A stretch of 64,000 nt of DNA from Marsupella aquatica (Eukaryota > Plantae > Marchantiophyta). The notes under the pieces were generated by a model. That model was given only the letters and a program-made list of their open reading frames with translations. It was not told the origin of the DNA and did no database searches. Shown here piece after piece: positions 59,051-64,000 of this stretch. Each line of letters starts with the position of its first letter. The stretch's first letter is position 1. The translations under genes and the position numbers were made by a program. The DNA lies in assembly GCA_973895155.1 (NCBI GenBank), contig OZ316891.1:23745899-23809898 (forward strand). Reading direction: 5' to 3'.

Positions 59051-61691
59051 TTAATGGGATGCCTTTCGGAAATCCTCATTTTCTTCCTTGGATTCAGGGC
59101 CTCTCAACTCCTTTCGATTCCTCCAATGTCCAGGTTTCACCACAGGAAACTGGATAATCCGCAAATCATCTCGACTCCTCACCTTTGCCATATGAGTACC
59201 ATCTGGCAAAACCTTGTATTCCAATCGAGCTTGAGTAATGTAGGGCTGCCCTAAAATCAAGTCATAGGGCAAGCTATCATGCACAAAGATGTTAGTTGGC
59301 TCAATCACATTGCCAACCTTCACTGGAACTCCTGGACATCCTCCCCAAAGTGTATTCTTTGAACGATTGATTGAGTTTACTGACCACTGGGTATCACAAT
59401 CAACCATCCATTGCCCAAGATCATAGATGCTTCTTGACATTAGATTTACCTCTATCCTGTATCAATCAATGCTCGGGCTTTGCCCTCCATCCCCACAAGC
59501 TCCACTTCCACCACTGAGCAAGTTCTTGCCCAAAATGGTTCCAAGATGGACTCCTTGCCATCTCCCAATTCAAGATTCTTCATGGTAGAGGCACACATGA
59601 CCCACACACTTTGTGAAGCCTTGAGTACCTCCTCTTGACTGATTTTTGCCACTTCTTGTGACTTGTCAAACTTTTCTCCCATCAATGGTTTCCATCTTCC
59701 CAAGTTCAATAGCTTAGCTTCTGACATCTTTGGTTCAGAAACTACCTCCTTTGAAGACTCTGGCATCTGTGGTCCAGAAACTTCATCATTTGAAAACCCT
59801 AGCATCTGTGGTCTAGGAATCTTCTACTTTGAAGACCTTGGCATCTGTGGTCCAGGGATCTTCTCAACATTCACTTGATACACTTGACACTCTGTATTAG
59901 CTCTTGAAAATGAACCTTCTCCATCCTCTTCAACTTCAGAATTAAACTCTGCTCCCAATGCATGAGGTCCTTCTTTATAAAATCTTTTTTGCTTCACCTT
60001 TGCAAGTAAAGCATCTTGAGCTTTGGAGTTCATGCAAGCAAAAAACTCCTCATTGGTGACTCCACTCACTGTGGCTTTCCAAAACTTGTCAGCAACCTGG
60101 TCATACTCTATGTGTTGCTCCACATCCCTTCCAAGTATCCAACCAGGTCCTTTCTTTTCTGCCTTCTCCTTTTTTACTACTTCCAACTCCTTTGAAGGGG
60201 TTGAAGTAGACTCTTTTTGTGTGCTTACTCTATCCTCAAATCGAACACTCCTTCTCATTGGCACATCAGGTGATGGCCTAGGAGTAGAAGGTCCGAAAAC
60301 CACTTTCTATTTTCCTTTAGCACGTTCTTCCAAGGCTCCACAGACTTTCTTTTCTCCTCCACCATAGAATCCCATAGAGACCCTACTTCTGCAGTAAAAG
60401 CATAGATCAAAACAGGATCATTCCATTCTGATTTCCTTCTTACAAACTCTGCTAGCCTTTTCTTCTCTGTCTCTGAGGATCCTACTAACGAAGGATCCCC
60501 AAACACAATGTAGACATCTGCTTCATGCTCACCCTTGTCCCCATAAGCTGCAGCAATAGCTGAGTTATGATGTTTGGCCATTCTCTTCTCCACTAGTACC
60601 TTCATGCCACCTTTGTTGGCATTGACTAGAATAAGTTCACCTAAATCATGGTAGGCAAGCTTTCTTATGTCATCATGCTCAACAAACTTAACCATTCTCA
60701 CTTTTAGAGCAGCAGACAGCTCAACACACTCTCTTCTAGAGTGCTCTTTGCTATCACACCAGATACAATTCCAGCTTCTTGGTCCTCTGATAGAACTTCC
60801 TGCTCCTCCACTACCTCTTGATGGTGGTCTCGATGTGTTGCCTTCAATTTGTCCCAAAGCTTGGGTGGCAAGAATGGTAAGATTCTTCATGAGTTAAGAC
60901 AACTCATCCATCTTGTCCACACTCTTCTCACCCCTACCGGTTGTTGATTCCATCTTCTCCACTCTTCTCATAGAAGTCACAGGTGCTACTGTGTCCAGAA
61001 CACCTTCATGATTGAGTTTCTTCCTTTTGTGCTTTTGACTGACTCTTAGCACAGCAATCTCAACCTCCTCCCAAGTTGGCTGATTAGCCCCACAACTTGG
61101 GTTAATTAGTTCTAGAGCAAGCTCTAACTCATCCTGAAGCTTCTCATCAGCAGCTCGGATGAGTAGAGTAGCCTTCTGGACCTTCATAACTTCAGAGCCT
61201 ATCTCAGGAAGTTGGTTGAACTTCTTGACAAACTCCCTCATCAACTCTTGAGGTCCCAACTTCTTACTTCTGTCAGTCACCCAATCAAGGAAAGATGCTT
61301 GGGTGACCCTATCTGGATCTTTCAGCTGAAATTCTTCTTTCATTCTCAGCTCAAAAATATTCCATGCCTTTTCTCCATTAGCTCCCTCTATCAAGGAAAC
61401 AACAATTTCCTTGAGTTCAGGTTCCACCAAAGACACAAGCTCCTTGAGTGCTACCTCAGCATCAATCTTGTGAATTGTAGCCTCTGTCCAGTATCCCTTG
61501 AGATACCTTGTCGCATTTTTCCCATCAAATTCTCCTTGCTTAGTAAGGACCGAGTGCAAGTACTTGGTGGTCCTTCCAAGCAACTCCTTCTTCTTCTTCT
61601 CTTCCATCTCCTTCTCCTTCATTCCACGTAAGTATGCAGCAACCAAAGATGAAAACCTCTCCATGTCAGTTGGATTAATCTCAGTTCCCAT
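59051..61691 (-). pseudogene. degenerate gag-zinc knuckle-aspartic protease region of another retroelement; no RT or IN seen
   Basis: FDGKNATRYL gag-like motif, CIWCDSKEHSRREC knuckle, ALIDTG(x)EVNLMS and YDLILGQP protease motifs; several stops and frameshifts. Confidence 0.75.
59721..59870. repeat. 39-bp coding tandem repeat, ~4 units
   Basis: CATCT at 59725, 59764, 59803 and 59842; encodes roughly EVSGPQMPESSKE on the minus strand. Confidence 0.8.
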
Positions 61692-62461
61692 GATTGCAAT
61701 TCTTCCCTCTTGACTAATGATATACTCACAATTGAAGGACTTATAGTTCCAAAATCATATCTCTCTCTATCAACCAAAACTTAGACATGCACAAGTTAGC
61801 TCCAAAATCCATGGATCCCACTTGGTATTCGACCCACCAAATTTGGCTCCAAGGCTGCCCCTCCCTGCAATTCTGGCACATTTGGACTCCTCATTGAACA
61901 CTGGACACAGCTATCTTCACTCCCGGAGAACAAGACATTGGAAAAACCAACGGAGATCTTCGGGCGGGCCTACATGGTAACGTTGTTCTTGGCATTAAAA
62001 ACCGGGGCCTTCATCTTCGAAGATCTGTCGGGGTTCGCGGAGAACCAGGTGTCTCTGTCATAGGAACTACATTAGGCTTCTTTATAAGTAGAGGTCGTTT
62101 AAGAGGTTTACTTGGAGAGACATAGTATGAAATCGAAGCACCCACAACACTCCTACAAGACTCTGATTTCTCAGATTCTGAGGAAAATGAAATCTCTGGC
62201 ACTACTCTCTGTGAGATGGTAATTCATTCATCACATGAGATGGAATAAATTTTTGAACAACATCTGGCAAAGATGCATCTGAACTGTAAATTGACTCATC
62301 ACTTGAAGACGCCATAGAGAATCAAACAAGGGTTGTATAGGAGTACGTATTCCTATCCAACAGAGATAATTCAGATTACAGTATTCTATGAAAACAACTA
62401 CTCAATACTGAACGAACCTCAAAGTAATCGCGAGAAATGAAGATGAAAAATAGATGCGAGC

Positions 62462-62516
62462 TCTTCCTTTTATAGTTTTTGGGGGCATTGTACACGTGGC
62501 ATTCCCTGATTGGTCC
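62462..62516 (-). promoter_or_regulatory. putative Pol II promoter (CCAAT, G-box, TATA)
   Basis: The minus strand reads CCAATCAGGGAATGCCACGTGTAC...CTATAAAAGG, upstream of a degenerate ORF starting MASSSDES near 62315. Confidence 0.45.
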
Positions 62517-62660
62517 GTACGAGGGTTTTTTCAAGTGAGAGTCTGTCTTTTCAAGGAATGCTGAAATTTAAATTGTAGATTTTTGAGGAAATCGTCGTGG
62601 ATCCCAATTGGTCTTCAAACTGAAATATCAAGGTATGCGATGCAAAAACTTCAAAATGTA

Positions 62661-62870
62661 GAGGGTGAATACTAGATGGGATCCATGGATCCCATCTGGT
62701 ATTCATCCTCCTATTTTCCCAATGAGTTTTTGGACTTGCAAAAAAAATAGGATCCATGGATCTCAGTTGGTATTCATGTCGAAAGATCTCCAGATGCAAA
62801 GTTGCAGGTGGAAAACATTGAGGTTGAATACGATAGTGGATACTTAGATCCCGTCTCGTATTCATCATGC
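62661..62870. repeat. palindromic units related to 44823..45182
   Basis: 50-bp near-perfect palindrome at 62661-62710, degenerate units near 62749 and 62823, and a half unit near 61807. Confidence 0.75.
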
Positions 62871-62911
62871 GTTATGGGCTAAAAAGTTTTCGGACATGTT
62901 GTCGGGTTAAC

Positions 62912-63992
62912 TTAACTAACTAACTGTGTGGTTTTGGTCAATCTTGCCACCTTGCTTGGCAAGTCTTTGAACATATGATCTTTGTCGGTGTGGAGCGTCC
63001 TCAACACAGTCAACTCATCTGAAATTGATCTTGACTGGGAGTTCAACATCTCAATTGTGGCCTCATGTTGCTTCAGATCAGTCTGAAGGTGTGTCAAGTA
63101 ATCGTTGGGGGTCTGTCACAAAGAATAAAAAACAGAGTGTCATTCATCAACTCACAAATCATATTAGCTGCAAGCTACTAATCTCAGATTTCCAACGTTA
63201 GTGAAGAGAATAAATAGAAAGTGCGATAAAAACTAATGTGGAAATTGATCAGAGTGAAACCTCATCGTCTTCACATTGGTTGCCTTCTTCCAACTCAATG
63301 GCATTCGTGGTTTCTTCATGCTTCTCTTCTTCATTTGATATTGAATCCTTTACAAGCTTCAACTCCTCCTCTAGTTTGCAAATTTGATGATGAATCCGCT
63401 GCAGTGCACTTCGCCGGTCGCACTCTGAAGATTTCAAATTTTCCAGGCTTCAAAGAAGTTTCTGAACATCTTCGCGGGCCTCTCTTACTTGGTTCTTACT
63501 CCATGACATTTCTGATTGAAGCATGGATAGTAACAAGGCACGAGGGGGGGTATTTGGCGACTGCGCAAGAGTGGAAGGACTTGGCCGCACCCACGGAATA
63601 GGGGAGGCAGATGCAGTACCAAGTAGCTCAACAGGAACTTTTTTGAGGGAAAGAACATCCCATCCGCTCTCGGGGAAAGAGAGGCTTGAAGGAACTTGGG
63701 GAGGAACTGCCTCATGAATTGCATCCTCAATAACTTGTGCATCTGCGCGCTTATAGACACAACCAGTCTTCCTTACACAAGGGGGCCCATTAGGCTTACC
63801 TTTGCCTTCTTTATGCCATTGAACAATCTGGCTTTTCAACTTAGATGCAGCATATGCGGCCCAATTAACTGTCCTCCCCAACACTCGCTCAACATACACT
63901 CCCTTAACAAATGTATGTGCCAACACTCCATTGACCGGCTTCTCATATCCATTGACAACTTGGGATAAATGTAAGACATCCTCTTGTGGCAA
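62912..63992 (-). pseudogene. 3' part of a spliced gene for a transposon-accessory-type protein with a C-terminal coiled coil
   Basis: GRTVNWAAYA motif, coiled-coil exons 63249..63437 and 62912..63113, GT/AG sites near 63260 and 63114, frameshift near 63445. Continues beyond the window. Confidence 0.45.
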
Positions 63993-64000
63993 GCCTGTGC

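Overview
Eukaryotic, plant-type transposon-dense DNA with no clear host gene. Telo-box motifs and CG/CHG deamination point to a plant; a non-seed plant is plausible but is only my inference. Positions 1-43 kb are a nest of one non-chromovirus Ty3/gypsy family with an Athila-like RT and IN. It comprises element A (minus, partial, 1..25020), element C (plus, complete, 6908..22391, TSD CTTCT), element B (minus, complete, 25249..42953, TSD GGTAA), an older host fragment, and solo LTRs of two other families (2834..5778, 37947..40525). A solo LTR of the main family (D, 51987..56567, TSD AGCAC) sits inside a CACTA/En-Spm transposon (~45.2-58.85 kb). Main observations: (1) the ~4.6-kb LTR itself contains a ~1,190-codon sense ORF, and a second LTR family has the same layout plus a shared hairpin motif; (2) the CACTA element carries an intact SET-domain exon inside the first intron of its transposase, and both exons can splice in frame from the same exon 1; (3) a conserved -1 frameshift signal lies between protease and RT. 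The right end holds a degenerate gag-protease remnant, palindrome arrays and a spliced coiled-coil gene fragment.
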